From NCBI GenBank assembly GCA_003614145.1, contig KZ987741.1, forward strand, positions 1 through 33,861: 33,861 nt of DNA. The letters are read 5' to 3'. Shown here piece by piece: positions 32,235 through 33,861 of the stretch. The notes beneath the pieces are model-generated. The model worked only from the letters and a program-made list of their open reading frames with translations, searched no databases and had not been told where the DNA came from. A program made the translations under genes and the position numbers. Position 1 is the first letter of the stretch. Every line of letters begins with the position of its first letter. The stretch is from Piptocephalis cylindrospora. Its lineage: Eukaryota.

Positions 32235-33702
32235 GTTTTAAGGGGTGGAATGGGGGGTGTGTAAGGAGAAGGGCGAAGAGTAAGTGGATTGGTGGGTGGA
32301 TGAATGAATGAACGAAGGACAGACTATGGGGTAGGTGAAGGCGAGGAAAAGATAAAGGGGAAAGGGCGAGGAGAGAGGAGAGGGTGAAAGGACCGTATAT
32401 TTATACCTTTTGGGTGCGTGCGTGCCCCCTCCCTCCCTCTTCATGCGCCCCACCTTCCTCTCTACAGCCTCCGCCCTCGTGCAATATTGTTGTCGGATCC
32501 TTGGAGTGGCAGCCCTACCTCACAGTCTCACAGGACCACTTTATTATTACAAGTGTGTAGGGATAAAGGCTCGATAGAGTGGCCAAGAAGAGTTTGAGGT
32601 CAACGTACTCCCTGGAGAGGAAAGGAGCGGAGAGTGGATATACCCTGGCCTGTACATCATTGAGTGATTTCAAAGAGGGTGGGGAAGACTCTAAGGCCAG
32701 GCAATTTGATGGGGATGTCGATCGTTACGAGATGCACTCATGATCCTCACATCCTCCCATTCGAATGAGAGGATAAAAAGTCTGTGTGTGTGTGTGTGTG
32801 TGGAGAAGGGCGACGGGGTTTAGTGCTAGGAGCGGATTTTCTCTACCAGTGACAGAATCTCCTCTGCTCCACTCCCTCGTGATACTGTGGGCTTCTCCAG
32901 TATGAGGGCAGGTTACTCCAGTGCTGGGAGAGGCGGTCAGCGGGAATAGGACAAGTCCAGCGGTGGTGACTGGGAGTAGCGGGGTGCGAACATAGTGCCC
33001 TAAGGTGTGCGGAGATGACACAAGGAAATTGTGGTGACTGGTGGTCGGGGATGCAATGTTTTGTACGTCAAAGTCCGTATAGGATAAGAGGGGGCTTGGC
33101 GGTGGAGGGATTGGTCCTTTGGTGGCAGATTTGGCAGGGCTTGAGCTTGGGGTAGTGTGCGTGTATACCCGATGTCTGTGGCACGCGTCCTCTCTTCCCC
33201 GCAACCCAGCCAGAAGGACTCGCCCCCTTCCCCATACACACAATGGTCATCTGCATTTCCAGCCTAAAAGTCGGTATTGTTGTTAGGGTGTTGTTAGGGT
33301 GATGAAGAATGCTCTGTTTACGGCTGGTGACCATGGTTTGCCTATCTAAGAAAGAATGCACTGCGTACTGTTCATGGCATACGACAATGGCGTAGGATCC
33401 ACGTTGTGATCCATCCTTATATCATCATCCGTGAAACTAGGTCAAGGGATTGACAAAATGTACCAGTCAGAATGCACGCGACTTTCGCCCTTCTGGCAGA
33501 CAAGGACAAGAAAGAGCGGGGGTGGAGGAACATATGCCTTGACACGCGCACCCACATGCTTGGAGCCTTTCTTGTCCCAATGGAACGGGGGGGGAGGGGC
33601 AGGTCATATGGTCAAGGGTCTGGAGTGGGGGTGCCCTCCCCACTGAAGGAATCTTTGGCTCTACCCACATATTCAGAATGTGTGAGTCATGTAAATTGAG
33701 AA

Positions 33703-33734
<32 letters not shown>

Positions 33735-33861
33735 CCCCTTGGTTGGGGGGGGGCAATTTTTTTCCACGCGAAAAACATAGGGGGGTATAGGGGGGGAGAG
33801 GTTGTGGTCTGGAGGGGGGGGGTGGAAGAAGGGGGGAAGAGGGGGGGGGGGGGGGAAGAGG
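33703..33861. repeat. Poly-G / G-rich low-complexity end (G31 at 33703-33733 plus further G runs)
   Basis: Read directly from the sequence. May be low-quality contig-end sequence. Confidence 0.8.

Noticed and set aside
32700..33700. Several short ORFs and two TTAGGG hexamers near 33283-33300
   Set aside because: No motifs or spliceable gene model found. Two non-adjacent TTAGGG within an 11-bp duplication do not make a telomeric array.

Overview
Gene-dense eukaryotic (fungal) DNA. The small GT-AG introns (22 reconstructed by hand, 56-98 nt), CT-rich 5' regions and animal-like myosin light chain suggest an early-diverging fungus, possibly Zoopagomycota or Mucoromycota; that placement is inference. 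From left to right the window holds: a >=620-codon orphan ORF running off the left edge (absent from the ORF track); a decayed LINE 3' end (zf-RVT); myosin regulatory light chain; HSV2/WIPI PROPPIN; PEX12; MPP-alpha; an APP1-family phosphatidate phosphatase with an apparent signal peptide; Sis1-type DnaJ; a 6-exon uncharacterised gene; CTF8; tRNA-Pro(UGG); a hypothetical gene; cytosolic LeuRS; two convergent small secreted orphan proteins; primase large subunit (9 exons); tRNA-Pro(CGG); a ketopantoate-reductase-family gene; a small two-TM gene interrupted by an in-frame TGA; and poly-G sequence at the right end. I see no multi-gene novel system. The best leads are single oddities: the in-frame TGA gene, A instead of G18 in both tRNA-Pro genes, loss of two conserved Asn residues in the PanE-like enzyme, the secreted orphan pair, and the large orphan ORF.
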